From an uncultured Gammaproteobacteria bacterium (GTDB lineage: Bacteria; Pseudomonadota; Gammaproteobacteria; Steroidobacterales; Steroidobacteraceae), in NCBI GenBank assembly GCA_963831765.1, contig CAWHRH010000002.1:905210-969209 (forward strand): a stretch of 64,000 nucleotides of DNA. Direction: 5' to 3'. This document shows positions 1-10,228 of the stretch, in pieces. The position numbers and the translations under genes are program-made. Every line of letters starts with the position of its first letter. The first letter of the stretch is position 1. The notes beneath the pieces were generated by a model that was not told the origin of the DNA, ran no database searches, and worked only from the letters and a program-made list of their open reading frames with translations.

Positions 1-1
1 C

Positions 2-586
2 GGATTGCGCAACATTCGCTTCGACGCGGTCTTCACCGGTACGTTGCGCCGGCAGGCCGAAACAGCCCAGGGTATTTTCGAAGGTCATCCCGAACTCGGA
101 TCGCATTTGGCGCACGAAGCCTTCCCGGGGCTCGACGAATACAACCCCGCGGCCGTGTTGACGGCGTTCAATGAAGAGTATCCCGCACCGGCGGAGGCCG
201 CCGTACGGCGTGATCCGGTCGTGGTTCGTGAACATTTCCGTGTTCTGAGAGAGGCTCTGCTGGCCTGGGCCGAGGATCGTACTCACCCTGCGGGCATGCC
301 GGTCTGGGAGCAATTTCAAAACGGTGCGGTCGCCGCGCTCGTCGAAGCACGCCAACGCTTCCCCGATGGCAACGTGCTTATTGTCAGTTCCGGCGGGCCC
401 ATCGCCGCGATGGTGGCAGCCCTCCTCAAGGCGCCGCCTGCTACCGCCATTGATCTGAATCTGCGTATTCGCAACAGCTCACTCAGCGAATTCGCATCGA
501 CGCCGCGGCGCCACCACTTGGTCAGTTTCAACGGTCTGCCGCATCTGGATACGAATGCGGATCTATCGCTGATGACCTATGCTTAG
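2..586 (+). CDS. histidine phosphatase (phosphoglycerate mutase-like) family protein, 5' end cut by window edge
   Basis: Track ORF 5..586, frame open back to nt 2. FDAVFTGTLRRQAETA and SSGGPI segments are typical of the family. The catalytic RHG motif would lie upstream of the window. Confidence 0.65.
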   Translation, partial: GLRNIRFDAVFTGTLRRQAETAQGIFEGHPELGSHLAHEAFPGLDEYNPAAVLTAFNEEYPAPAEAAVRRDPVVVREHFRVLREALLAWAEDRTHPAGMPVWEQFQNGAVAALVEARQRFPDGNVLIVSSGGPIAAMVAALLKAPPATAIDLNLRIRNSSLSEFASTPRRHHLVSFNGLPHLDTNADLSLMTYA

Positions 587-588
587 CA

Positions 589-1713
589 CTACCAAACTTC
601 GCTGAACAATCTCGCAAAATTGGCGCCCAGGATCTTGTCGACTCGGCTGGGCTTCCAGCCCCTGCGCACCAGATCATCCGCCAACTTGAGAAATCGAAGC
701 GGTTCGTTGTATTCGGGAATCAAGGTGAACACATCCGGTGACTCACCCGGCGCGGAGATTCCTGCCTTTTGGCGCGCTTCAACGGATTTGCGAAAATACG
801 TTCTGAAAGCGTCGTTGATTTCGACGCCGGAAATCGTCCCATCCGTGCCGAGTCCGACGTGATCCTCACCGCAGACGTTCACTGCATGTTCCAAATGCAG
901 CGCGACGTCCTCCGCATGCGGCTGTCCCGAGGTGCGCAGGAAGGGCATGAAGTAGATTCCAACCACCCCGCCCTTATCCGCCAGCGCCTTGAGCGATGAG
1001 TCATCGGTGTTGCGCGGCAAGTCGGCGAGCGCCCGGCAACCCGTATGGGTGATGGCCATCGGCGCTTTTGCAGCCTCGATCCCCGCAGCTATCGTCCGGC
1101 GGCCGGCGTGACTCAGATCGAGCAGGATATGCAGCCGGTTGACCTCGCCGATGAATTGCCTCCCGAGATTGCTCAGGCCCCCGTCCGCCGGCTCAAGACA
1201 CCCATCTCCCATCAAGTTGCGAACATTGTAGGTAGGCTGGCATATCCTCAGCCCCAAATTATGAAACACCTCGAGCCGTTTCAGGTCGCCATCGAGCATG
1301 CTGGTATCTTGAAAACCATAGATGAAACCCATTCGTCCCGAGGATTTGGCCAGATTGAGATCGCTGCCGCGCAGCACCTTTAGAAAAAGGTCCGGGTGGG
1401 CCGCGATTTCGTATTCCACGCTCGCAATATCGTCGATCGTTTTCTCAAACCGGTCCGATCCGTTGCCGACCTCGTTGACGGTGATGTTGACCGCGGTGAC
1501 ACCCGATGCCTTGGCATCCGCCAGCGCCCTGGCAGAAAGCGGTGCGTCATCCGGTGCGCCCGGATCGACCACTCCCGGGCCGCCGAGCGCATCGATCACC
1601 ATGGCACCCGCATAACGGGAGGCCGGAAAAGCATTGCCGGCGCGCGCGGGTCTCCATTGGGTTGCGGCTGCTGCCGCGCCCACCCAGGCGATCGCCTCTC
1701 TTCGAGTCGTCAT
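589..1713 (-). CDS. membrane dipeptidase, peptidase family M19, Tat-type leader
   Basis: Single 374-aa ORF. Twin-arginine-like leader TTRREAIAWVGAAAAA. M19-like DLSHAGRRT, HTGCRAL and GLGTDG segments. Confidence 0.8.
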   Translation of the reverse strand: MTTRREAIAWVGAAAAATQWRPARAGNAFPASRYAGAMVIDALGGPGVVDPGAPDDAPLSARALADAKASGVTAVNITVNEVGNGSDRFEKTIDDIASVEYEIAAHPDLFLKVLRGSDLNLAKSSGRMGFIYGFQDTSMLDGDLKRLEVFHNLGLRICQPTYNVRNLMGDGCLEPADGGLSNLGRQFIGEVNRLHILLDLSHAGRRTIAAGIEAAKAPMAITHTGCRALADLPRNTDDSSLKALADKGGVVGIYFMPFLRTSGQPHAEDVALHLEHAVNVCGEDHVGLGTDGTISGVEINDAFRTYFRKSVEARQKAGISAPGESPDVFTLIPEYNEPLRFLKLADDLVRRGWKPSRVDKILGANFARLFSEVW

Positions 1714-1885
1714 CTGTTATCCCCCTCAACTAGACCCACGCACCCCCAGGCTCGGCCCAAAATAACACAAGGCGACGGCATACCGAGCCGGGCGAGAAGG
1801 TGTAAGCGATCCGTTAGCCCCATGTAAGAGCCGTGTGCCGACGGTGGCGTAATTTTCATACGGTCACCTACACACGGGGAACGCC

Positions 1886-2896
1886 ATGAAAATTCAATCA
1901 TCCGCCGGGCTTATCCTGCTCCTGCTCATCGGGGCTGACTTGGCTGCTTGCTCATCGATCCCCGAGCCCAAGATGCTCGTTGCCACCAGCGCCAACCAGC
2001 AGCAGGTGCGAGCGCTCGCCGGAAAGACCGGTGCGGTGGCGGATGTCTTGACGATCAATGGCGAGGAGCATTATTTCGTTATCGGTCCCTCCGCGGACGG
2101 CACTCTGGGCGGTCAACGCCTCAATCCCGCGGCTGGGCGCACGATCCCCGACGAAGAGGTGACCGAGCCTTTCGAGAATCTCGCGATCGTCTACTACCTC
2201 GAGCAACCCAAGAAGACACACGCTCCCGTACCCGGATACGAGGAGCGGCGGAAGGTGCCAAACAAGTACGCCTATCCGAAGCTACCGACACCCGGGACGC
2301 TGGAACAGGGGCTCTCCTGCGATGCGCTCAGCGTGGATCTCGCGCGCGCTGAAGCCGTGCGCTGGTTCGCGCGAAACGAAGGGGCGATGGGCTACACGGA
2401 GCCGCAGGCGGCCCTGCGTCATGTGACGAATGCCGCCGAGTACACCGCCATCACCGCCTTGGTCGTGCTCGCGGTCGCGGCGGGCGGCTACGTGCCCAAT
2501 TTCTCGCCTGCGCCACCGCCCGATCCGAACCGCAGCCTCAAGTCGCAGATCGGCGAAGAGAATCTGCGCTGGGCGATCACGCACGCGGATGCAAGAATCG
2601 TCGATCTTCTCAAGCTGCGGCGCGACAAGGGATGTACAGAGCAGCCCACGCTGGTCGATGGGAACGGCGATTTGCAGAATCTCGCAGCACTCGATGGCCT
2701 CGCTCACGACCCCACCGCCCTGCACATGTCGGCCGATGCAAGGATGCACGAGAAAACGCGCCTGCTCGACGAGCTTGGTCCCTTGCCGCTGCCCGAGGGG
2801 AGCAATCACGCCTGCGCCGCGTTGTTCCAGTGCCCCGTGAAAGCTTCGCCCTTGGCGTCCACGGCGGCCGCCGACAAAGCGTCGACAGAACCCTAG
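1886..2896 (+). CDS. hypothetical lipoprotein
   Basis: Single 336-aa ORF. Signal peptide with lipobox (LLLLIGADLAAC-SS). No family recognised. Confidence 0.55.
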   Translation: MKIQSSAGLILLLLIGADLAACSSIPEPKMLVATSANQQQVRALAGKTGAVADVLTINGEEHYFVIGPSADGTLGGQRLNPAAGRTIPDEEVTEPFENLAIVYYLEQPKKTHAPVPGYEERRKVPNKYAYPKLPTPGTLEQGLSCDALSVDLARAEAVRWFARNEGAMGYTEPQAALRHVTNAAEYTAITALVVLAVAAGGYVPNFSPAPPPDPNRSLKSQIGEENLRWAITHADARIVDLLKLRRDKGCTEQPTLVDGNGDLQNLAALDGLAHDPTALHMSADARMHEKTRLLDELGPLPLPEGSNHACAALFQCPVKASPLASTAAADKASTEP

Positions 2897-3519
2897 TCGA
2901 AATCCGTCGGCAGCTCCGCGTGCTCGTGATGCTGGAACATTCTCTCGATCTGCGCCGCCGTTGTTCGCCCCAGCGACAGCGGCGGCAGATCATCGCGCGG
3001 GAAAAAATCGACCTCGCTGGTCTCGTCGCTGGCGCGGGCCGCGCCGCCGTTGATCTCGCACAGGAAGAACATCTTATAGATCGAGTCGATGTGACGGGGC
3101 GGGTGGCCGCTCCTTTGATAATCATAGACTGCCGCGAGCTTGAGAACCCTGGCCGTGAATCCCGACTCCTCGGTTATTTCCCGCGCGACGCATTCGCCGG
3201 CCGATTGATTGACATCGGCCCAGCCGCCGGGAAGCGTCCACATGCCGTCGCTGAGTTCTCGGACCATCAAAATCCGGCCATCGATGAAGGCGGCGCCGCG
3301 CACATCCACTTTGGGTGTGGCATAACCCTTCTCCTGCCGCATCAATTCAAGGAGCGAATCGAAGTCGGCGGCCGATCCCTGCGCCAGCAGCAACGCGGCC
3401 AACTCGCGCACCCGCTCGTAGCGTCGCCGGTCGAAGCCGTCTGCTGTGAAGGTCAGGCCGGTTTGCGCAATGGCCCGCAGTTCGCGTGCGATGCTCAGCC
3501 ATCGCGGCTCTTGCGTCAT
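2893..3519 (-). CDS. NUDIX hydrolase
   Basis: Single 208-aa ORF. Nudix box GGWADVNQSAGECVAREITEESGF. Last gene of a tightly spaced minus-strand run. Confidence 0.8.
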   Translation of the reverse strand: MTQEPRWLSIARELRAIAQTGLTFTADGFDRRRYERVRELAALLLAQGSAADFDSLLELMRQEKGYATPKVDVRGAAFIDGRILMVRELSDGMWTLPGGWADVNQSAGECVAREITEESGFTARVLKLAAVYDYQRSGHPPRHIDSIYKMFFLCEINGGAARASDETSEVDFFPRDDLPPLSLGRTTAAQIERMFQHHEHAELPTDFD

Positions 3520-3532
3520 CGCCGCGGCGCCT

Positions 3533-3916
3533 TCAGCGCGGCGCGAAGAATTCGGTGTACGTCACGATGTGCTCGGGGGTCAGCTGCACAACATCGACGA
3601 GCTCGGTCGGTACCGTGACGCCGGTGACCTTGGAATAGATGTCCGCGCGCCAATGTGCCACAGCTCGCGGCCACTCGACGACCAGGCTGAGTAACTGATA
3701 GTTGCCGATGCGAAAGACCTTGACCATCATCGCGAGCCAGGGACGAAATTCGGGAAGATTGTTCGCTCGAATGGCTATCGATTTGTCGGCGCTCGCGCCC
3801 AGGATTTCGAAGCGGCCATCAGCCGCAAAGACCCGGCACATGCCCGCCAGATCGCCGGCAACACGGGCCGCATGCAGCTGTTGAATGAGCTTTTCCGCAA
3901 TGATGCGCTCGGACAC
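3533..3916 (-). CDS. SnoaL-like / NTF2-fold protein
   Basis: Single 127-aa ORF. Size and N-terminal pattern (LIQQLHAARVAGDLAGMCRVFAADGRFE) are typical of SnoaL/NTF2-like proteins. 13 nt upstream of the NUDIX gene. Confidence 0.5.
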   Translation of the reverse strand: MSERIIAEKLIQQLHAARVAGDLAGMCRVFAADGRFEILGASADKSIAIRANNLPEFRPWLAMMVKVFRIGNYQLLSLVVEWPRAVAHWRADIYSKVTGVTVPTELVDVVQLTPEHIVTYTEFFAPR

Positions 3917-3928
3917 GTTATCTCCTTC

Positions 3929-4861
3929 TCAGGTCATCAGCGCGGCGCGAATCTCGCCGCCGATCTGTTCAAATGCTGTGCGCGCATAGGGAATGATGGC
4001 TCCCAATCCATAGAAAAGATGGATCATACCTGGATGGCAAGTGTAGGACACTTCGTTGCGCGCTTGGGCCAGGCGCTCGAAATAATTTCGTCCCTCGTCG
4101 CGCAGTGGATCGAATTCGGCGGTATGAATGAGCGTTCGGGGCAGGCCGGTCACATCGTCGGCACGAAGGGGTGATACCAGCGGGTCCGCGGGATCCGTCC
4201 CCGGGGGCAGGTAGTGCATGAGATCGTGATCCAGAGTGGCTTCATCGACAAGGAACCCGCTTGCCAGTTCGCGCCGCGACGGCGTCAGTCGGCTGTAGTC
4301 GAGAATGGGGCAGATCAAAAGCTGCAGCTTGAGCGGCGGGCCGCCGATCCGCGCCGCTTGGGCTGTCGCGGCCGCCAGCGTGGCGCCGGCCGAGTCTCCG
4401 CATATGCCGATGCGCGACGCATCGATGGCGAAATCCGCGGCATTCGCGCTGATGTGCCGTAGCGCGGCCATGGCATCATCCAGTGCCGCGGGAAAGGGGT
4501 GCTCCGGCGCCAGCCGATATTCAACCGAGATGACGCGTGCGCCGCTGCAATTGGCGAGTGCGCGTGCGATCGAGTCATGTGTCGTCAAACTGCCGGCAAC
4601 CAATCCGCCGCCGTGAAAGTAGAGCAGCGCGGCCGGCATTCCAGATGCATTCGCCGGCGAGTACAGCCGCACCGGCAGTGCGCCTCCCGGTCCCGGCAAT
4701 GAACGATCTTCCGTCGCGCCGATCGGCTCGGCGGGACCTGCCAGTTTCATCAGTGCTGCGAGGCCTGTACGTCGCTGCTCGACGGTGGCGCTGCGCGCAT
4801 CGGGAGGGTTGCCGGCGGCGAGAAGATCCAGAAAGCGCTTGACGCGCGGGTCGAGCGGCAC
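3929..4861 (-). CDS. alpha/beta hydrolase, hormone-sensitive-lipase-type esterase
   Basis: Single 310-aa ORF. HGGG oxyanion motif (LLYFHGGGLVAGS) and GDSAG nucleophile motif (ICGDSAGATLAA). Confidence 0.8.
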   Translation of the reverse strand: MPLDPRVKRFLDLLAAGNPPDARSATVEQRRTGLAALMKLAGPAEPIGATEDRSLPGPGGALPVRLYSPANASGMPAALLYFHGGGLVAGSLTTHDSIARALANCSGARVISVEYRLAPEHPFPAALDDAMAALRHISANAADFAIDASRIGICGDSAGATLAAATAQAARIGGPPLKLQLLICPILDYSRLTPSRRELASGFLVDEATLDHDLMHYLPPGTDPADPLVSPLRADDVTGLPRTLIHTAEFDPLRDEGRNYFERLAQARNEVSYTCHPGMIHLFYGLGAIIPYARTAFEQIGGEIRAALMT

Positions 4862-4879
4862 GTCCGGCGCCTGCTAAGT

Positions 4880-5793
4880 CTAAAGGGCCAACGCCTGCCG
4901 AGTCGCCGCCGGCCACTTTCCCAGGTCCAAGCCATGATTTGCGAATAACGCCACTGCCAGCCGATCGATGCCGAAGGCGACGCAACTGGTGTGCGCCAAC
5001 TCGCCCTTGTCGTCATGAATGCCCCAAACGTTTCCGAAATGCTCGCGGTGATAGTTGAAGCTCATGCAGGCGGTGGGCGACGCGCCCGGGTAATAAGGGA
5101 TCAACAGCTCGAATTTCAGCGCCTGCTGCCGCTGGCTGACGGCCATCACCTGGCCCACTCTGCCGAAAAACGGATCGTTTGCAACATCGATGGTGTGCGG
5201 CAGCCCGAGTTCAGCTGCCAGAATCGGGGCCTTCGCCATCCATTTCTCGCGAAAATCCACGATTTCCTCAGGCGCACCGATTCTCACGAATTCGCGCATG
5301 CGGAATGATTGCAGCCGATCGAGACTCTGCGACGGCTCGTGTCTGAACACATCGGCTTCGATGTCGAACTGCAACCCGCCGCGCGGCAGTTTGCCGCGTG
5401 CCGCGACGATCGGATACACCGGATAGCACGCCGCCGGCGACAGCACGAGGTCCGATGATGTCAGTGACGTGGTCCAGTCGCCGCCGCTGTCGTGGCGCTC
5501 CACCGCCGATCGGATCGAAGCTTCCGAGCCGTGCAAGGGCGCAGACGCAACCGAGCAGATTGGGGAAACTCTTGAGATACCCGGATTTTTCAAGCTGGGT
5601 ACGGCTCATCACGGGCGGGAAGCGCATGATTTCCGCCTTGGGGTCGCGTTGCCGCGTGATGTATTGTTCGAGGCGCTCGACCAGGTCCACATACAGCGAG
5701 GTGCGCGCATAGACGCCATCGACACCCATGCGGCTTGAAAAGCCGATCAGTCAGATGCGCGAGCGGGTATTGCGATGTGCCGTCGGGAGACAT
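4880..5793 (-). pseudogene. amino acid:[carrier protein] ligase (truncated seryl-tRNA-synthetase homologue), two frame breaks as assembled
   Basis: Joined from minus-strand track ORFs 5590..5808 (MSPDGTSQYPLAHLTDRLFKP), 5268..5729 (GVDGVYARTSLY...SGYLKSFPNLLGCVCAL) and 4880..5593 (HGSEASIRS... to stop). ATG 5793 is preceded by GAGGG. Class II aaRS core elements: FRHE, FRMREF, SCVAFGIDRLAVAL. About 304 aa, with no N-terminal tRNA-binding arm. Confidence 0.75.
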
Positions 5794-5800
5794 GGTGCCC

Positions 5801-7010
5801 TCAACCACTGATCGAAGTTGGCAACGGCGTCATGAGCGACGTCGTGGCGAGATTGGAAAGAATGCGATCGTTGCTGATCATGATCGGCGCCGAGAGCACA
5901 TCGCGAAGCAATCTGCCGATGGTGAACTCGGTGTCGTTGCGGTAGCCCGACAGGCCGCAGGCGCGCAGCGAACTCAACACGGTGGTTACCGCCAGCTCCG
6001 AAACCTGCACTTTCGTCAGTGTGATCATCGCCTGAAACTCCAAGGACGAAATCGCCTTCTCGTCGCCCATGATGGTCTCGTAATTGCGCAGATTGGCGGC
6101 CAGCACGCCGCGCAAAGTGCGCAACTGCGATACCGCCTGAGTGAAGTGCGCCGCGCCGGGCGGCATCTGGCCGTTGGACTGGCGCACGACGTGGCGAATG
6201 AAGCCTTGAGCCTTCGCGGCAGCCGCGGCGGCGATTCCCGCCCACACCGAACCCCACAGAAGGTGAGCGAACGGCACCATGGTTTGCGCGTGGATTCTCT
6301 CGTACGGTTCGGGCAGGAGCTGGCCGGCCGCGGCGCGTGCGCGCAGGGTGAATCCCTCGCTATGTGTGCCGCGCATGCCGAGCGTATCCCACACCTGCAG
6401 TCGTTCGAGCGTGTAATCCGCTTTCAGCAGCACCAGCAAAACCTGGTCATTGCCCGCGGCATCGGCCGCGCGCCGCGCCGTGGTCACGATCCCGTCCGCT
6501 TCCACCGCATAGGATATGACGGTAGCCTTGCGTTCGAGGGTCACCTGCCCGCCGTCGTGTTCGACCGCCGCTTCGCTCGAGCGGACGTTGCCGCCGGCCT
6601 GGCCCTCGGTGGTGGAGGACGCCATGAGCAATTGCTCCGCGGCGATCCGGCGCAGCACGCGTTCGAGAACGGCAGCATTCTTGTAGTGACGCACGATGCA
6701 CGCGATCTTGATCTGGTGCATGGCGTAGATCAGGGCGGTCGACGAACACGCCTGTCCCAGGATGTAGCATACGTCCGCGATTTCTCGCGATGGTGGCGCC
6801 TTCGCCGTCCAGGGCTTGCGGAACCTGGATGCCGAGTAGCCGCTGCTTGCGAAGTTCCGCGAATGCCTCGCTCGGAAAACGGGCTTCCGCGTCCACCGCC
6901 GAGGCGTTGGCGCGGGCCACGTCGGCCGCGGCACGGGCGCGCGCCGTCAAGTCGCTCTGGCGAGCGCTGGGTACACGCGATCCGGGTATTCGATGAGACT
7001 CTACTGACAT
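5801..7010 (-). pseudogene. acyl-CoA dehydrogenase-family flavoprotein, one frame break
   Basis: N-terminus from track ORF 6447..7010 (MSVESHRIP...FAELRKQRLLGIQVPQALDGEGATIA), remainder from 5801..6934 (REIADVCYILGQACSSTALIYAMHQ... to stop). The stop lies 7 nt before the ligase ATG. Confidence 0.75.
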
Positions 7011-7078
7011 GCTTGGGTGCCCTTCTTTGAAGTCCCTATGGGCAAGACCGGGGGATTATGCGGGCCCCAGAGCGCCCG

Positions 7079-7107
7079 AACAATAACTGGGACGTCAAAT
7101 TATTGTT
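7079..7107. promoter_or_regulatory. AT-rich inverted repeat AACAATAA-N13-TTATTGTT in the divergent ACAD-like / ACP intergenic region (candidate operator)
   Basis: Arms at 7079..7086 and 7100..7107 are perfect reverse complements. The spacer contains GACGTC. It is conspicuous in an otherwise GC-rich window. Confidence 0.3.
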
Positions 7108-7217
7108 ACTTAGTGACGCCTGACTCAATTTCTGAAACATATGTAAAACCTTGCATGTATTCCGTATCCTGCGCTACACGGTATGATCGGTCCCGTTTTT
7201 CTTCGGAGAATCATCGA

Positions 7218-7493
7218 GTGGAGCAGCAGACGCAGGAGGAGGTGAGCGATCGATTGATCGCGCTCGTAAAGGCCGTGCTGGGCGCAGGCAGCGCTATTCC
7301 GGCCCCATTTCCGTTGGATGCTCAACTCAGCGACTTGGGGATAAGTTCCTTGAAGATGGTCAATCTCATGCTGGCAGTCGAACTGGAGTTCGATATTGCC
7401 ATTGCGCAGACCGACATCACGCCGGAGAATTTCCATTCGTTGGAGTCGATCGAGACTCTGGTCACGCGCACCTTGAAGCAACGCAACAATTAG
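7218..7493 (+). CDS. stand-alone acyl/peptidyl carrier protein
   Basis: GTG at 7218 inside track ORF 7017..7493, with GGAGA 8 nt upstream. 91 aa. Phosphopantetheine-attachment-type motif DLGISSLKMVNL. Its stop overlaps the convergent decarboxylase stop. Confidence 0.7.
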   Translation: MEQQTQEEVSDRLIALVKAVLGAGSAIPAPFPLDAQLSDLGISSLKMVNLMLAVELEFDIAIAQTDITPENFHSLESIETLVTRTLKQRNN

Positions 7494-8915
7494 GCGGGCG
7501 CTTCCCGCTCATTGAGCGCGGCCACCAGGGCGTTCACGTCTTCCAATCTGGTTTCGCCGTTGGTGGCGCAGATCCGCACCACCTCTTGACCTTCAAACAG
7601 GGTGGGCGCAACCCAGGCTCGACCTGAGGCCACCACTCGGCGCACCAAAGCCCGCGCGTCTCCCAGTTCAGCGGGCGGAACTGCCGCAAGCACCGCCAGC
7701 GGCGAGTCGTTCGCAATGCGCCAGCCTGAGGCGAGCAGCCGCTCTTTGATGCGCTCGATGATCTCGACGCCGCGATCAACGTGCGCCCCCAGTCCCTCCC
7801 AACCCGCAGCAGCCAACGTCAGGAACAAGCGCAGTCCCAGGAACCGCCGCGACCACTGCACGCTGTTGAGGTAGGGATCGACGCCGGAAATGCTCGACGG
7901 CATGAAACTCGTGGAGGCGTGAAAGGCTTGCGACAGCAGATCGGCGCGCCGGGTGATGAAGAGGGCGCATCCCATCGTCGTCGCCGGCCATTTATGCGCA
8001 TCGATGGTGAGCGAATCGGCGCGTTCGATGCCGTCAAGCACGCCGCGCAGGCGATTCGATGCCAGCGCGGCGCCGCCCCAGGCCGCGTCGACGTGCAGCC
8101 AAAGATCCTGCCGGCGCGCAATATCCGCGCAGGCGTGCAAGGGATCGATCATGCCGCCGCCAGTGGTTCCCGCGGTCGCGACGATCATCACGGGAATGGC
8201 GCCCGCGGCGCGGTCCTCGGCAATGACTCGCAGCAGTGCGGCCGGATCCATGCGCCCGTGCCCGTCGGTATCTACCAAACGCAACGCGCCGCGGCCGACG
8301 CCCGCCTGGTGCGCTATTTTCAGCCAGGCGATGTGGCAGTCGCGGGATGTATAGAACTTGACCGGACCTGTAAAGGCGCGTACACCGTCGGCGGAGAAAT
8401 TGGCATGGGCCGCCGTCAATGCGCAGAGCAGCGCTGTGTAGTTCGCCTCGGACCCACCGGTGGCGAAATGCCCGCCGGCTTCCTCGCCGAATCCGGCGCG
8501 GCGCGCCACCGCTCGAATGACATGACTTTCCAGAGCAACCGGTACGGGCGAGGAGGCCGAGCTTGCGAGCTGCGGATTGAACGATCCCGCAATACGGTCC
8601 GCGCATTGCGAGGGGAAATTGGCGCCGGGATTGAACAGCCCAAAGTAGCGCGGATTGGACATTTGCACGATGCCGTATTGCATGCGCTCGATGGTCCAGC
8701 GCAAGGACTCTTCCAGCGGATCGTGGCGCGCTGAAATCGAAGCCATCGAGTTCCGTCCGGAACTTTTGCATGTCGATGGTGGGTACCACAGATCCGGATT
8801 GAACGCGCAGCATCGCCGCCTGCAGCTCGTCGGTCAGCCAGTCCGAGATCCGCTCCCGGTCGGAAGACGGCGGGAATAACGCCGGGATGGCTTCCGGCAA
8901 CGTCCGTTGATTCAC
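7490..8915 (-). pseudogene. group II pyridoxal-phosphate-dependent decarboxylase, one frame break
   Basis: N-terminus from track ORF 8034..8915 (MNQRTLPEAIP...TELDGFDF), remainder from 7490..8746. TGGSEANY segment and PLP-lysine context LTIDAHKW. GTG start at 8915 overlaps the upstream stop (GTGA). Confidence 0.7.
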
Positions 8916-10186
8916 GCTGCCGCGCCGAGCGCTTGATCCAGGTCGGCGAGGATGTCATCGATGTGTTCGATGCCCACGCTCAAGCGAATGCTGCCGGGTC
9001 CCACCCCGGCGGCAAGCTGTTCCTCCGCCGTCATCTGTCGATGCGTGGTCGACGCCGGATGACAGGCCAGGGACTTCGCGTCGCCCAGGTTGACCAAGCG
9101 CTTGAACAGCTTGAGCGAATTGTAGAATTTCATTCCCGCCGGCAGGCCGCCGCGTATTTCGAATGTCATCAGCGAGCACGCCTTACCGCCGAGATACTTC
9201 TGCACCAGGGGATAGTAGGGATTGTCGGGAAATCCCGCGAAGTTCACCGATTCGACGCGCGTATCGGCGCGCAGGAAGTCGGCAACCTTGAGCGCATTTT
9301 CGACATGCCGCTCGATGCGCAGCGCCACCGTCTCGATGCCCTGCAGCAGCAGAAACGCATTCATCGGCGCCAGCACCGCGCCCATGGTGCGTTGATAGAC
9401 GCTGCGGCAGCGGCCGATGAAGGCGGCGGCGCCGTAGTGCTCGCTGTAGACCAGGCCGTGATACGACTCATCGGGCTGCGTGAACATGGGGTAGCGAGCC
9501 GCATGCTCGGTCCATGGAAACCGGCCGCAATCGACGATGATGCCGCCGAGCGTGGTGCCGTGGCCTCCCATGAATTTGGTCAGCGAATGCACGACGATGT
9601 CCGCGCCATATTCGACCGGCCGCACCAGCATCGGCGTCGCCACCGTGTTATCGACGATCAGCGGCATGCGGTGACGATGCGCCACTTTGGCGAGCGCTTC
9701 GAGGTCGCACACGTTGCCGGCAGGATTGCCGACGGTTTCGCAGAATATCGCGCGCGTGTTCTCATCGATCAGCGCTTCCAAATCCGCGGCGCGGTCGGAT
9801 TTGGCGAATCGCACCGAGATCCCCATCTTCGGAAAAATATGCGCGAAGAGCGTGTACGTCGTGCCGTAAAGCTGCGGAACGGATACGAGATTGCGGCCCA
9901 TCTCCAAGGCATTCATCGCAGCGAAGTAAAGCGCGGTCTGTCCCGAGCTCACGCTCAGTGCGCCCAATCCGCCTTCCAGTTCACAGACCCGCGCCTCGAG
10001 AACCTCCAACGTCGGATTGCTGATCCGGGTGTATCGAAAACCCGGAATCTCGAGGTTGAACAATGCCGCGCCATGCTCGGCGCTGTCGAAGGAATACGCA
10101 GCCGTCTGATAGATCGGGACAGCGACAGCCTTGGTGGTAGGGTCCGAGTCGAAGCCCCCATGAATTGCGATGGTTTCCCGCTTCAT
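8912..10186 (-). CDS. metY: O-acetylhomoserine sulfhydrylase / aminocarboxypropyltransferase family (MetY-like) PLP enzyme
   Basis: Single 424-aa ORF. Cys/Met-metabolism PLP family throughout (IHGGFDSDPTTKAVAVPIYQTAAY, HSLTKFMGGHGTTLGG). Confidence 0.8.
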   Translation of the reverse strand: MKRETIAIHGGFDSDPTTKAVAVPIYQTAAYSFDSAEHGAALFNLEIPGFRYTRISNPTLEVLEARVCELEGGLGALSVSSGQTALYFAAMNALEMGRNLVSVPQLYGTTYTLFAHIFPKMGISVRFAKSDRAADLEALIDENTRAIFCETVGNPAGNVCDLEALAKVAHRHRMPLIVDNTVATPMLVRPVEYGADIVVHSLTKFMGGHGTTLGGIIVDCGRFPWTEHAARYPMFTQPDESYHGLVYSEHYGAAAFIGRCRSVYQRTMGAVLAPMNAFLLLQGIETVALRIERHVENALKVADFLRADTRVESVNFAGFPDNPYYPLVQKYLGGKACSLMTFEIRGGLPAGMKFYNSLKLFKRLVNLGDAKSLACHPASTTHRQMTAEEQLAAGVGPGSIRLSVGIEHIDDILADLDQALGAAA

Positions 10187-10228
10187 TCCTGCAGATTTTC
10201 GTGAGCTGAGAATCCTAGTGTATCTCGA

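Noticed and set aside
5735-7030. 431-aa plus-strand ORF opposite the ACAD-like gene
   Set aside because: Antisense shadow ORF with Arg-rich composition and no recognisable motifs. The minus-strand gene has clear family similarity.
8933-10204. 423-aa plus-strand ORF opposite the MetY-like gene
   Set aside because: Antisense shadow ORF. The minus-strand product is an unmistakable Cys/Met-metabolism PLP enzyme.
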